Positions 36,652-47,095 of a stretch of 64,000 nucleotides of DNA are shown here, in pieces. Under the pieces are notes generated by a model. It saw only the letters and a program-made list of their open reading frames with translations. It made no database searches and was not told the origin of the DNA. The first letter of the stretch is position 1. Each line of letters starts with the position of its first letter. Location: positions 231,242-295,241 of the forward strand of contig OY761536.1 of assembly GCA_963664605.1 (NCBI GenBank), written 5' to 3'. The stretch comes from Victivallaceae bacterium. Lineage in GTDB: Bacteria; Verrucomicrobiota; Lentisphaeria; Victivallales; Victivallaceae. Position numbers and translations under genes: made by a program.

Positions 36652-37610
36652 TGGCTATCAGGAATTTCGAACTGGCTTATATGATTAATACTGTAAAATG
36701 GGATGGCAAGGTCATCAGTCAAGTTGATGACGTCAACATCGCAAAGTCTCTGGATATGCTGAAATCTATTGGTATTTCGAAGGTTATGCTTTCAGGGTAT
36801 CAGCTTGAAGAGCCATCTGATTTCGATATGATTGAAGGCGCAAAACATGTGGGAGAAATGCTTGCTGCGCGTGGAATGCGTGCATCACAGCACCATGGGC
36901 TTGCGGCTACTTTTGCCCCTGTCGGGGAATCTCAGGAAGAAGTTCAGAATAAGCTGAAAAAAGTTGTCGAAATCACATCAAAATTACAGGCTGATTGCCT
37001 TGTTTTACATTCCGGCCGTATTGAAGGCACTCATAAATCAGCAGAGGATTTCTGCAATAAATACGAGGAACAAGTGCAGAAACACGGCGTTGAAAAGATT
37101 ATTGAGATCAGTGCTGATAATATTCGTTATGCCGGAGAAATTGCGGCAAAATATAATTTGAATATAGCATTAGAGAATTTAGACAGGTTTGAACCTTTGG
37201 GTAATATGGAATTATTGCCAAAATTGGTTGAAACCGTAAATCTGGATAACGTAGGATACTGTCTGGATTCCGGGCATGCCTGGTGTGCCGGAGTTAATCC
37301 GGTTGACTGGATAAAAATAATGGGAAATAAGTTGTTTACCACTCATTTCCATGATAACCGGGGATGTCCTGACTGGGTGAAAAAATCTGATGGATTCATT
37401 CGTCCAACTGGTATTGACGAACATCTGCCGCCCGGCTTTGGAACTATAAGCTGGATGGATGTAATAAAAATATTAATGGAAATCGAATATAAATATCCCG
37501 TAACTTTTGAATCAGGAGGCTGGCCTGCTGAAAATATAAAAGAAGGATATTTACATGCCATCCGCTTTTGGCGTAACGCCGAAGCATTAACCTGTAGCAA
37601 AAATCATTAA
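36651..37610 (+). CDS. Sugar phosphate isomerase/epimerase (xylose isomerase-like TIM barrel)
   Basis: LVLHSG, ALENL, CLDSGHA and HFHDN metal-ligand blocks. TAATG overlap with the lacI-family stop. Confidence 0.75.
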   Translation: MAIRNFELAYMINTVKWDGKVISQVDDVNIAKSLDMLKSIGISKVMLSGYQLEEPSDFDMIEGAKHVGEMLAARGMRASQHHGLAATFAPVGESQEEVQNKLKKVVEITSKLQADCLVLHSGRIEGTHKSAEDFCNKYEEQVQKHGVEKIIEISADNIRYAGEIAAKYNLNIALENLDRFEPLGNMELLPKLVETVNLDNVGYCLDSGHAWCAGVNPVDWIKIMGNKLFTTHFHDNRGCPDWVKKSDGFIRPTGIDEHLPPGFGTISWMDVIKILMEIEYKYPVTFESGGWPAENIKEGYLHAIRFWRNAEALTCSKNH

Positions 37611-37628
37611 TTATAAAGGAAATTATTT

Positions 37629-39152
37629 GTGAAATCTTTAAAGTTAAACCGTTCTGAATACAGAGAAAAGGTCGTAGGGTGTTTTCTCGGCAAAAATATC
37701 GGGGGGACGCTTGGTGCTCCTATGGAATGGTACAGGCAAATAAACAATGTTGATTTTTACACACAGGATTTAGCTGGAGAACCTTTGCCGAATGATGATT
37801 TGGATATTCAACTTATCTGGCTGGTGGCGCTTGAAGAAATGGGAGTTAAGATCGATCCAATCACTTTGGCTGACTACTGGTGCACCTATCTGACTCCGCA
37901 CTGGGAGGAATACGGGCAGAGCAAGGCCAATATGCGCTCAGGTTTACTGCCTCCTCTTTCAGGTTCTGTAAATAATGAAGACAAGGACAGCTGCGGCGCA
38001 TTTATACGTTCTGAAATATGGGCATGTATTGCCCCCGGAAATCCTGATATTGCTGTTCAATACGCTTACAACGATGCAATTCTGGATCATGGCGGCACAG
38101 GGGAAGGCACTTACGCTGAAATGTTCTGTGCAGCGCTTGAATCCGCCGCATTTGTAGAAAGCAATATCCAAAAGTTAATTAAAATAGCGCTGTCATATAT
38201 TCCTGATGATTCAAGCGTGAGAAAAGCAGTGGAGGATGTTGTCAGGGAAGTGAAAACAGGCAAAGATTATCTTGAAATCCGCGATTATATTCTAAAAAAT
38301 TATCGTGGAGCTCCAAGACGCCAGCCGGTATATACGCCTGACATCAAAAAGGGATTTGATAACGGGCCGATGGGCTTTGATGCACCAGGGAATATCGCTA
38401 TCATGGTGCTCGGTCTGTTGTGGGGAGGGGATGACTTCGGGAAAGTCGTTTGCTCGACTGTTAATTGCGGAGAGGATACGGATTGTACTGCCGCGACTGC
38501 CGCTTCCATATACGGGATCATACACGGTGTATCCGGCATACCTGAAAAATGGGTTAAGCCAATTGGACTCTCTATTAAAACTGCTTGTATCAATTTGGGA
38601 GAAATGGGGATTGAGCACAGCCTTATCCCTGAAAATATTGATAATTTAACAGAACGAGTTACTAAACTGGCGGAACTGGTTTTGATGACTTTTCCCGCGG
38701 CTTGCATGCTAAGTGATGAAAAAAGCTGTACAAATGTAAATTTTGTAGAAAAATTTAACGGCGGCAAACTGCTGGCTGAATTAATGAACAATGCCTACGG
38801 TCCGGTATTTAAAACAGATTTTTTTACATTAGGCGTAAATTACGATGAAACCGGCCCTTTTATTAAATCCGGGGAAAAGAAAATAATAAAATTAAAACTA
38901 AAAAGCAACTACCGGGTGCAGGGAAACATGTCTTTGCATATTTACGCGCCTGACAATCTGGAAATATCTCCATCAAGAGATGGTTTTGTAGATTGTATGA
39001 GATGCCTTGAAAACCGACAATCTCTGGAAATAGGTTTTCTTTGTGAAAAAGTTGAAGGATATAAAATTCAAGGAGTCATTGAACTGGCATGTGATAGCCG
39101 CCCAGTTAAGGTGCTGGCGCCATTTACTTTTTTAAACGGAGATTTTTATTAG
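37629..39152 (+). CDS. ADP-ribosylglycohydrolase (ARH) family protein with a ~170-aa C-terminal beta-rich extension
   Basis: VVGCFLGKNIGGTLGAPME, PNDDLDIQLIWL and NCGEDTDCTAATAAS ARH metal-site motifs. GTG start after aaaggaa. Confidence 0.8.
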   Translation: MKSLKLNRSEYREKVVGCFLGKNIGGTLGAPMEWYRQINNVDFYTQDLAGEPLPNDDLDIQLIWLVALEEMGVKIDPITLADYWCTYLTPHWEEYGQSKANMRSGLLPPLSGSVNNEDKDSCGAFIRSEIWACIAPGNPDIAVQYAYNDAILDHGGTGEGTYAEMFCAALESAAFVESNIQKLIKIALSYIPDDSSVRKAVEDVVREVKTGKDYLEIRDYILKNYRGAPRRQPVYTPDIKKGFDNGPMGFDAPGNIAIMVLGLLWGGDDFGKVVCSTVNCGEDTDCTAATAASIYGIIHGVSGIPEKWVKPIGLSIKTACINLGEMGIEHSLIPENIDNLTERVTKLAELVLMTFPAACMLSDEKSCTNVNFVEKFNGGKLLAELMNNAYGPVFKTDFFTLGVNYDETGPFIKSGEKKIIKLKLKSNYRVQGNMSLHIYAPDNLEISPSRDGFVDCMRCLENRQSLEIGFLCEKVEGYKIQGVIELACDSRPVKVLAPFTFLNGDFY

Positions 39153-39234
39153 ACTCAAAAATAACAGGGAGGGAAAAATTAGTAAATACAGACAGGAAAA
39201 ATTATTTAAACAACAAAAATAAGGAGAGTTTATC

Positions 39235-40011
39235 ATGAAAACAAATTACCGAAAACAACAAATTTTCACACTCATCGAACTCTTGGTCGTGATAGCTATC
39301 ATAGCGATCCTCGCCTCAATGTTGCTTCCAGCGCTTAACAAAGCGCGTGATACGGCAAAATTTTTAAAGTGTACAAACAATACCAAAACTATTGCCCTGG
39401 GGATGCAGTTGTATTCAGATGATTATGAGGGATATTTCCCGGAGCGGGATTCAGGAAGTGGAGCTTACCGCTTCTGGTATCGTAAAATCTATATGCAGGT
39501 TTCAGGCAAAGACTGGGCTCCGGGAGATAATACCATTCTGAAGCCATTCGATTTTTTGCGCTGCCCAAGCCATATTCTTCCAGAAAATCATCCGATCGGC
39601 TATAACACGATAGCTTATGGTTTTAACAGCAATCTTGGCACTAGCGCAACAGCTACCCCAAAGCCAATAAAAAAGCATCAGATTAAACGTCCGTCAAAAG
39701 TAATAATCATCGGCGACAGCGATGACGACGGTTACTATGGTATGATGATTGCGAGTGATTTGTATGCTTTGGGCAACCGCCATGGCGGCAAAGCTTCAAT
39801 TGGCTGTGCTGACGGTCATGCGAAACAGGTGTTTGGCAAAGATTATGTGATGCCGGATGTAGTCTATGGTTCCATGGACAATAATGGAACGACTATTGAA
39901 AAGACAACAAGTTCAAGCATTCCCACAACCAGTAGAGATCAGTTTTACAAGGATGTCTGGGGATTTCGCGGCGTAAACTATGACTATATGACACAAGATG
40001 GAGTATTTTAA
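39235..40011 (+). CDS. Prepilin-type N-terminal cleavage/methylation protein of the H-X9-DG (DUF1559-like) family
   Basis: [24 protein letters not shown] and [13 protein letters not shown] (H-X9-DG). AAGGAG RBS. Confidence 0.88.
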   Translation: MKTNYRKQQIFTLIELLVVIAIIAILASMLLPALNKARDTAKFLKCTNNTKTIALGMQLYSDDYEGYFPERDSGSGAYRFWYRKIYMQVSGKDWAPGDNTILKPFDFLRCPSHILPENHPIGYNTIAYGFNSNLGTSATATPKPIKKHQIKRPSKVIIIGDSDDDGYYGMMIASDLYALGNRHGGKASIGCADGHAKQVFGKDYVMPDVVYGSMDNNGTTIEKTTSSSIPTTSRDQFYKDVWGFRGVNYDYMTQDGVF

Positions 40012-43000
40012 TGAAATATATATTTAGTATCACGATGTTGTTAACATGTTTTTTATGGAATTTGTCTGCCGATGAGGGAGACTACGTGTGCGACGGAAAA
40101 AATCTCATGCAATTTGTTAACGGAGCCCTGGAAAAAGCGGGACAGGAAGTAATATCTGATGATTTCAGTAAAAAAGATACTGAAAAATGGGATTATAAAA
40201 GAGTTAATCATTGCTGGGAAACGAAAGACAATGTTATTACTACAACCAGCTATGGTGGAGGCCTGAGTCTCAAAACAAAGATCGATAGCGGTTATGTCTT
40301 AACAATCAAGGTAAAACCGGTTGCATATGAGCCTGAAAAAAAAGGCGGATTCGCCGGAATGTCGGTTGGAGGCGTATTGTTCATTCTTTCCGACACTAAC
40401 TATAGAGCAATATACAGGCTTCCCGGAGAAAAGCGCAGCACCGGTAAATGTAAACAGGAAAAAATTCCATTCGGTCGCTGGTATGATTTTAAAATAGTTG
40501 TTCGCCCCGGCGGCGTTTACGAATGGTTTGTTGACGGTCGGAAAATTGCCAGTTTTGTTGAACCGGAATTAAAAGGAGGCATAGGCTTACAATCATGGCG
40601 TTTAAAAGTTGCTTATAAGGATTTCAGAATATATAAGATAGATAAAATTGAAAAAAAATCCGTTGCAGTCAACATTAACCGCGTTAGAAACAGTTCCTTT
40701 GAGATATTCAATGACAACCTGCCTCCCTTTTGGCGTCCGCAAGGATTCATGAATATCCCATTTACTCACGGAACTAATGAGAAGTTTTATGAAGAATGGA
40801 AGCTGGATCCGCAGGAAAAGTATGATGGAAAGTATTCGCTGCGTATGAAGAATTGCAAGGCTAATGGCGTTAGAAGCTATTTCTGCAGTATTCCTAAAGG
40901 TGACTGTGTACTGTCTCTGTACATGAAAAGCAATGTAGACGCAATGCCGGTACAAGTTTTCCTGGCTGGAGTACCTGGCAGGAAAACCTTTACGGTCAGT
41001 AAAGAATGGAAACGTTATTCCATGCCTTTTATTAATAAGTCAAAATCAAAATGTCGTTTCTATATTATTCCTAAAGGAACTGACACTTTATGGGTAGACG
41101 CAATTCAGCTCGAAGGCGGTAAGGTTGCTACAAGCTACAAGGCCAATCCTCTGGATAAAGCTAAGAAATTTGCAGTTAAAAAGAAAGAGCTTCCAGTATC
41201 AAGAGTTGCCAGGATCAAACAAGCTCCTGTTATTGACGGAAAATTAGATGATCCTGCATGGAAAAATGCCGCCAGGGCTCCTGAATTCAGGATACCAGGA
41301 AATATACCCGGAACATACAAAAAACCAAAAGAAAAGACAGATGCATATTTGTGTTATGATGACAAAGCGCTTTATGTCGGGATCAGATGCCATGATTCGA
41401 ATATTGATAAATTGAAAGTCAACGCTAAAAAGAATAGTCCTGCTGTTGCCGGGGATGAATGTATTGAATTTTTTATTGATACCAATAATGATAAAAAGAC
41501 TTTTTACCGTTTCGTCGTAAATGCACTCGGCTATAACTTTGAAAGTAAGGGCAGTAATGATGTAGCCTGGTCTCGTGATTGGAAGGTAAAAACAGCTAAA
41601 GATAAAAAAGCCTGGACCGTCGAAATCGCCATTCCGCTGTCATCTTTAGATTTGTCTCCGGTAATCAGCGATGTATGGGCTATGAATATAGGCCGTTCAA
41701 ATCCTAAAACTTCTGAATATGCCTGTATATCGCCCGTTCCTAAAAAGAGCATGTATTTTCATGATGTAAGTAATTTCTGCACTTTTAAATGGGATGATGA
41801 TAAAGCATTCAAACATTACTTCCTGACAATAAAAAAGCTTAGTCTGGTAAACAGACAAAATGGTAAACTTGATTTAACCGGCGAAGTTGTTAATCAAACT
41901 TCTAAGGATATGCGCCTTGAAATTACTGCTAAAATTGCCGGGCAAAAAATACAATCAAAAGTTTTTGAGGTAAAAAATGGTGACAAATGCAGTTTTTCAA
42001 TTCCAGGATTCAAGAATGCAAAATTCAAGGATGTAATTACCCAGGTAAAGCTGATTAACGTAAAAAATAAGCAAACTCTTGCACAAGCTACCGCAAGAGT
42101 CGTTAAGGCTGAGTTGATGAATGCTGTAGCCAACTACTCATACTATACTAACGAAGATAGGGTCTTGATGGAGATATCTCTTGCCAGTTTAATCAAAAAT
42201 GCAAATATCGTTTGCGAATTATATGATGGAACAGGCAAAACTGTTTTTAGCAACAAATATAGCGCAGATAAAAGAGTAAAAATGCTGAATATTCCGCTGA
42301 AAAATCTGCCATATGGAGATTATGAAGCTAAAATAAAATTACTCAACGGCAAAAAAAACTTAGCTCTTGTAACTGAAACAATCCGCAAGCTTCCACCGAA
42401 AAAGGGTGAAGTCAAAGTTGAAAAAATCAAGAGATATATAACAGTTGACGGCAAACCGTTTTTCCCGTTTGCCCCACTGCAGGTATTTCATGTTCCTTCC
42501 AGTCATCCTTATCGCGATTATGATAAAAAAATAGATACATCAATTAAATACTGGGCTGACCTTGGCTTTAAAACCCTTATGGTTGGGGCTAATCTTCATA
42601 AGGAAAAAGGCAAATGGGGTGTTCGCATATGGGATCAAGTATTTAAGTCCGCAAACAAATATGACATAAAAATTATTGTTTTCTGGACGGGTCCCTCCTA
42701 TAAAATGTTTGCCGACAAAGAAACTATCAAATCCCACATTGAGCGCTGGAGAAATGAACCGTCTCTGCTGGCATGGGTCCCGGAAGATGAACCGGAAATA
42801 AAGCATGTTAAGCCAACGGAAATTGCGACAGCCGTAAAATTCATACAGAAGCTGGACCCGTACCATTTGACGTATATAAACTTTACGCAGATGGGCCCGA
42901 CATCGCGTTATGCCGGACTTCCAGGGGATATCATGAGTCTGGACTATTATCTGACTTCAGCAGAAGGGCGCACTGTGGAAAATACTCTTCAATATGCAGA

Positions 43001-43502
43001 TATTATGCGTAAGGTATCAGAACCAATGCATGTACCCGTTTGGAATTTCATTGCAGGCTCCAACCTCGATAATCATTCCCGGGAACCGTCAGCCGGGGAA
43101 CAGGTTGCTCAGACTTACGGCAACATAATAAAAGGCGTTACCGGACTGACATATTTCTTCGGACAACTTGCCGGACGGCAACACTGGAAGGCTTATCTGC
43201 AATTAAACCGGGAAATCCTGGAACTTACTCCGGTAATCCTTACAGGCGATGAACGGCAGATAAAAAGCAATACGCCTTCTGTGTTGGCAGTAATAAAGAA
43301 ATATAAAAATTCTGTTTACCTGATCTGCGTAAATATTGAGAATTCCGCAAAAGACGTAAAGTTTGATTTATCAACAATAGACGGAATTTCCACAGAGGGA
43401 ACAGTACTTTTTGAAAACCGTCATGTAACGTTAAAAAACGGCTTGCTTAGTGATAGATTTAAAGCCTATGAACGTAATATTTATTGTTTTAAGTTAAAAT
43501 AA
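40011..43502 (+). CDS. 1163-aa secreted multidomain glycan-active protein (DUF1080/LamG-like, CBM4_9-like, CBM9-like, Ig-like and a clan GH-A-like TIM barrel)
   Basis: Signal peptide. WRLKVAYKDFRIYKI (DUF1080 end), LWVDAIQLEGG (CBM4_9 end), APVIDGKLDDPAW (CBM9-like) and NEPSLLAWVPEDEPE (NEP-type acid/base strand). Confidence 0.6.
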   Translation: MKYIFSITMLLTCFLWNLSADEGDYVCDGKNLMQFVNGALEKAGQEVISDDFSKKDTEKWDYKRVNHCWETKDNVITTTSYGGGLSLKTKIDSGYVLTIKVKPVAYEPEKKGGFAGMSVGGVLFILSDTNYRAIYRLPGEKRSTGKCKQEKIPFGRWYDFKIVVRPGGVYEWFVDGRKIASFVEPELKGGIGLQSWRLKVAYKDFRIYKIDKIEKKSVAVNINRVRNSSFEIFNDNLPPFWRPQGFMNIPFTHGTNEKFYEEWKLDPQEKYDGKYSLRMKNCKANGVRSYFCSIPKGDCVLSLYMKSNVDAMPVQVFLAGVPGRKTFTVSKEWKRYSMPFINKSKSKCRFYIIPKGTDTLWVDAIQLEGGKVATSYKANPLDKAKKFAVKKKELPVSRVARIKQAPVIDGKLDDPAWKNAARAPEFRIPGNIPGTYKKPKEKTDAYLCYDDKALYVGIRCHDSNIDKLKVNAKKNSPAVAGDECIEFFIDTNNDKKTFYRFVVNALGYNFESKGSNDVAWSRDWKVKTAKDKKAWTVEIAIPLSSLDLSPVISDVWAMNIGRSNPKTSEYACISPVPKKSMYFHDVSNFCTFKWDDDKAFKHYFLTIKKLSLVNRQNGKLDLTGEVVNQTSKDMRLEITAKIAGQKIQSKVFEVKNGDKCSFSIPGFKNAKFKDVITQVKLINVKNKQTLAQATARVVKAELMNAVANYSYYTNEDRVLMEISLASLIKNANIVCELYDGTGKTVFSNKYSADKRVKMLNIPLKNLPYGDYEAKIKLLNGKKNLALVTETIRKLPPKKGEVKVEKIKRYITVDGKPFFPFAPLQVFHVPSSHPYRDYDKKIDTSIKYWADLGFKTLMVGANLHKEKGKWGVRIWDQVFKSANKYDIKIIVFWTGPSYKMFADKETIKSHIERWRNEPSLLAWVPEDEPEIKHVKPTEIATAVKFIQKLDPYHLTYINFTQMGPTSRYAGLPGDIMSLDYYLTSAEGRTVENTLQYADIMRKVSEPMHVPVWNFIAGSNLDNHSREPSAGEQVAQTYGNIIKGVTGLTYFFGQLAGRQHWKAYLQLNREILELTPVILTGDERQIKSNTPSVLAVIKKYKNSVYLICVNIENSAKDVKFDLSTIDGISTEGTVLFENRHVTLKNGLLSDRFKAYERNIYCFKLK

Positions 43503-43509
43503 TATGACT

Positions 43510-43531
43510 GGGCGCGCTTTCAAGCGCGCCC
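43510..43531 (+). terminator. GC-rich hairpin after the 1163-aa gene
   Basis: GGGCGCGC-tttcaa-GCGCGCCC, 8 nt after the stop, with a weak T-tail (ccattt). Confidence 0.5.
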
Positions 43532-43694
43532 CCATTTACGGGAGACGTCCCTTATATCTTAATGCGCATAAACTTACTACTAAAAAATGAAGGAGGGCTG
43601 TAAAAATCACAATAATATTTTGATGTAAGAAAGAATTATATTTTTTTCTTGAATTGAATATAAAATTGTTAAAAAATAATCATAAGGGTGAAGA

Positions 43695-45485
43695 ATGAAA
43701 AAGCTATTTTGGACTTTATTAGTATTACTCTTTTCATGTGCATTAAATATTTTCGCAGCAACGGTTGAAACTCCAATGACGCAGGACCTTGATGCCAATA
43801 GTTATGTAATATCAAATATTGCTGATTTGGTAACAGCCGGTCCGTGGGCTGACGTAAGGGCATACGGAGCTGATCCGACTGGCACAAGCGACAGTTATAC
43901 AGCATTTTACAATGCTGCAAACAGTGGTGTTGGAACAGTTTTTGTCCCCAAAGGCACTTACCGGCTCGACTCTCCGCTCTCATTAGCAGTCAATCTCATT
44001 GCTGAAGATGGTGTTGTAGTTATTAATTATTATGGTTCTGGAACAGCTATAACTATTAACGGATCGTCCTATGCAACCGGCCGGATAATATCCGGATTTA
44101 AACTGGTATCTAAAGCATCGAGTCAAAACGGGATTCTAATTAGCGGCGGAACTTTTATGAAAGCCAGGAATATAGTAATTGATGATTTCGATGGTATAGG
44201 ATTACGAGTGGGAGTAGCAGGGACCAGTGGAGTATATTTTGCTAATGTTTCAGAAGTATATTGCCGCAATGTAACGGTTCAAGGAGATACAGGAATACTT
44301 GTTGACGGTGTTTCCATACCTAACTCAAATGCTAATACTTTTACAAATGTCGCCGTAAAAGGGAAATGGTCTACATTTTATCATATAAAAGGTAATCGTA
44401 ATCTGTTCTTAATGGGAAATGCTGAGGTTAATACTTCTGAAGACGGTTGTGATGATGTTTGGAAAATCGAAGGTATTGGAAATGTGGTTGACGGATGTTA
44501 TTATGAAATGTCTGTAGCAGGAACTCTTCCTGACTGTACGTTTTCATTTTCTTCAACCTCATCCGGCAACAAAATAAAAAATATCTATCATACGGCAGGA
44601 GGGGAAAATATATATGCTTACACAGATGACCAGGGATGGGGCAATGAACTTTCTTATGCTCCTTTGGGCTGGAATTTTCCTTTTCCGGTTGAGAACAAAA
44701 GTGTCGAAAACCTTGTAACCAATTCGCATTTTAAATATATGAACGGAAATGCCCCCTATGGTTGGACAATAATCAACCAGTCTGCTCAGGAATCATCAAT
44801 TGTACGTGGTTCAAAGTACAGCCTTAAAATGAGCGGAACCAGTTATGCAAACTGTTATGCTGCCGGTCATTCAAGTTCAATAAGCGGGCTTCCTATAGAA
44901 AGGTTCCAAGGTAAGACAGTTGTTGCAGGGGTATGGGTGAAATCAACTGACTCTGATACTCAACCCCTGAAAATATGGACCGGTGGAACAGGATATGGCG
45001 GTAACAAACACACCGGTGATGGAACCTGGCAGTTTATAACCGCTATGGCTAGAGTTCCGGAAGATGCTACTAACCTCAGCTTACAATTGCGAAGCAATGG
45101 CACTACATATTTTAGTGAGCCAATATTAGTTGAAGGAGTTCATCTGCCGCAACCCAGTCCAAGGCCTCTGAATGACGGCTATGCCCGTATGGCCGGGCCT
45201 TTTATCGGCAGCCCGTTCATAACTTTTGCGGATGGTGATCCGACTCCTGATGTGAGCGACGGCAACCATTTCAAGACTTCTAATACACTCAGTACGACTA
45301 TTACTGATTTTGACGGCGGGGCTCCCGGCCAGGAAATAACTATTGTATTCGGCGATGCCAATACAACAGTGTCAGATTCCGGAAACATCAAGCTGTCAGG
45401 TGCTTTCACCTCAACGGCTGATGATACGTTAAAATTATTATATGATGGAACTTATTGGTATGAAACATCCAGAAGCGTCAACTAA
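43695..45485 (+). CDS. Secreted right-handed beta-helix protein (Pectate_lyase_3/tailspike-like) with a CBM4_9-like domain
   Basis: Signal peptide. ADVRAYGADPTGTSDSYTAFYNAANSGVGTVFVPKGTYRL is the typical N-terminus of pectate-lyase-superfamily beta-helices. NLVTNSHFKY ... YSLKMSG ... EPILVEG forms a jelly-roll. Confidence 0.65.
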   Translation: MKKLFWTLLVLLFSCALNIFAATVETPMTQDLDANSYVISNIADLVTAGPWADVRAYGADPTGTSDSYTAFYNAANSGVGTVFVPKGTYRLDSPLSLAVNLIAEDGVVVINYYGSGTAITINGSSYATGRIISGFKLVSKASSQNGILISGGTFMKARNIVIDDFDGIGLRVGVAGTSGVYFANVSEVYCRNVTVQGDTGILVDGVSIPNSNANTFTNVAVKGKWSTFYHIKGNRNLFLMGNAEVNTSEDGCDDVWKIEGIGNVVDGCYYEMSVAGTLPDCTFSFSSTSSGNKIKNIYHTAGGENIYAYTDDQGWGNELSYAPLGWNFPFPVENKSVENLVTNSHFKYMNGNAPYGWTIINQSAQESSIVRGSKYSLKMSGTSYANCYAAGHSSSISGLPIERFQGKTVVAGVWVKSTDSDTQPLKIWTGGTGYGGNKHTGDGTWQFITAMARVPEDATNLSLQLRSNGTTYFSEPILVEGVHLPQPSPRPLNDGYARMAGPFIGSPFITFADGDPTPDVSDGNHFKTSNTLSTTITDFDGGAPGQEITIVFGDANTTVSDSGNIKLSGAFTSTADDTLKLLYDGTYWYETSRSVN

Positions 45486-45502
45486 GAAACACAAATAAAG
45501 CT

Positions 45503-45546
45503 CACTTATCCTGCCCGCTGAAATCAGCGGGCAGGATAAGTGTTTT
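45503..45546 (+). terminator. Strong rho-independent terminator
   Basis: Perfect 16-18 bp stem CTTATCCTGCCCGCTG-aaat-CAGCGGGCAGGATAAG followed by TGTTTT. Confidence 0.85.
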
Positions 45547-45585
45547 ACATGAATAAAAAAATAACAAAAGGAATCAAATTTTTAG

Positions 45586-47094
45586 ATGAATTCTCCAGAA
45601 ATAAACTATCGGGACAAAGTTTTCGGTTGCTGGGCAGGTAAATGCCTTGCTGGCGCTATCGGCATGCCATTTGAAGGAGTGCCGTTTCAGCCAGATATGA
45701 AAGCTGATAATATTAATATTCAGGATGTTCCGAATGACGATCTTGAATTGCAGCTGGTATGGCTTATCGCGCTCGAAAAATATGGCCTCAAGCTCAACCC
45801 TATGCATTTAGCAAAATACTGGCTGGATGATATCAAGCACGGTGTTGATGAATACAGCATGGCAATACGCAACATCAAACGCGGAATCATGCCTCCGGCA
45901 AGCGGTTGGGAAGATAATTTCTTTCACGATGGAATGGGCGGAGCAATCCGTTCTGAAATCTGGGCGGCGGTATTTTCCGGACGCCCGGACGTTGCCGGTT
46001 ATTTTGCCGCCAATGACGCAATAGTGGATCATTGGGGCGACGGCGTTTGGGCCGAAAGTTTCCTGGCAAAAGCCGAAAGTCGCCTTTTTGAGAATGAAGA
46101 TATACTTATATCATTGAAGGTTTCCTTAGCTGAATTACCGCAATCAGGCAGACTGGCTCAAGCCCTGACAGAAGTTATAAAACTTTATGAACGCGGAATA
46201 AGCGAAGAAAAAGCAAAGGCGTTTATCATACGCAAATACTATCATCATAACTTTACAGATTGTGTTATGAACCTTGCTTTTATGGTTTATGCCCTGCTAT
46301 GGGGAGAAGGGGATTTTATAAAAACCATCCTGCTTGCCATAAATTGCGGCCGCGATACAGATTGCACTGCCGCGACCTGTGGTTCATTCCTCGGCATCTG
46401 CCATGGAAGTGAAGTCATTCCGGATTATTTGTTGAATCAGCTTTCTCCTGATTTAGTAATAAGCAAATATATCAGCCAGATCGACGGAATCCCCCGCACT
46501 TTGCCTGAACTGGTTGAACGCACCGTCGCTTTGCATGAAAAGCTGGCAAAAGATATACCCGAAACGCATTATCCCGGATACCAGCCGCTTATCCCGGGGA
46601 AACCAGCCGGCTTTGACCGCGCCCGCTGGCTGGTTCTTGACGAATCCGAACACGATATCGAATCAGTCAAGGAAAATCTGTTGAAAAATGGAAAATGCCC
46701 GGAAGAACTCGAAAAGAACATTATCAATACTGACGGCTTGACTTTTGACTTGTCAAAACATGCCGCAAACGCGAATACATTGAATCTTTTCACCTTTCTC
46801 AATGTTGAAAATCAGGATATTGACAGCAATGACATTGTCATTTCCGCCACCGCTGATGTTGGTATGACTTTGTGGTTTGACAACGACAAACTTTTCAATC
46901 ATCATTCCCGCCAACTTGCCATTCCATCCTTTCACCGTACAGAGGGCGGAGCGGCTTTTAATTATCCTCTGAAACATGGAGATCATAAACTGATACATAT
47001 TAAGTTGTATTCTTGTTTATCACCGCTAAATTGCACCTTAATGTTTGGAAATAATCTCAACGATCATCTTGAGGGATTTAAACTGAGTATATAA
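45586..47094 (+). CDS. ADP-ribosylglycohydrolase family protein, second paralog, with a C-terminal beta-rich extension
   Basis: VFGCWAGKCLAGAIGMPFEG, PNDDLELQLVWL and NCGRDTDCTAATCGS. Confidence 0.8.
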   Translation: MNSPEINYRDKVFGCWAGKCLAGAIGMPFEGVPFQPDMKADNINIQDVPNDDLELQLVWLIALEKYGLKLNPMHLAKYWLDDIKHGVDEYSMAIRNIKRGIMPPASGWEDNFFHDGMGGAIRSEIWAAVFSGRPDVAGYFAANDAIVDHWGDGVWAESFLAKAESRLFENEDILISLKVSLAELPQSGRLAQALTEVIKLYERGISEEKAKAFIIRKYYHHNFTDCVMNLAFMVYALLWGEGDFIKTILLAINCGRDTDCTAATCGSFLGICHGSEVIPDYLLNQLSPDLVISKYISQIDGIPRTLPELVERTVALHEKLAKDIPETHYPGYQPLIPGKPAGFDRARWLVLDESEHDIESVKENLLKNGKCPEELEKNIINTDGLTFDLSKHAANANTLNLFTFLNVENQDIDSNDIVISATADVGMTLWFDNDKLFNHHSRQLAIPSFHRTEGGAAFNYPLKHGDHKLIHIKLYSCLSPLNCTLMFGNNLNDHLEGFKLSI

Positions 47095-47095
47095 A

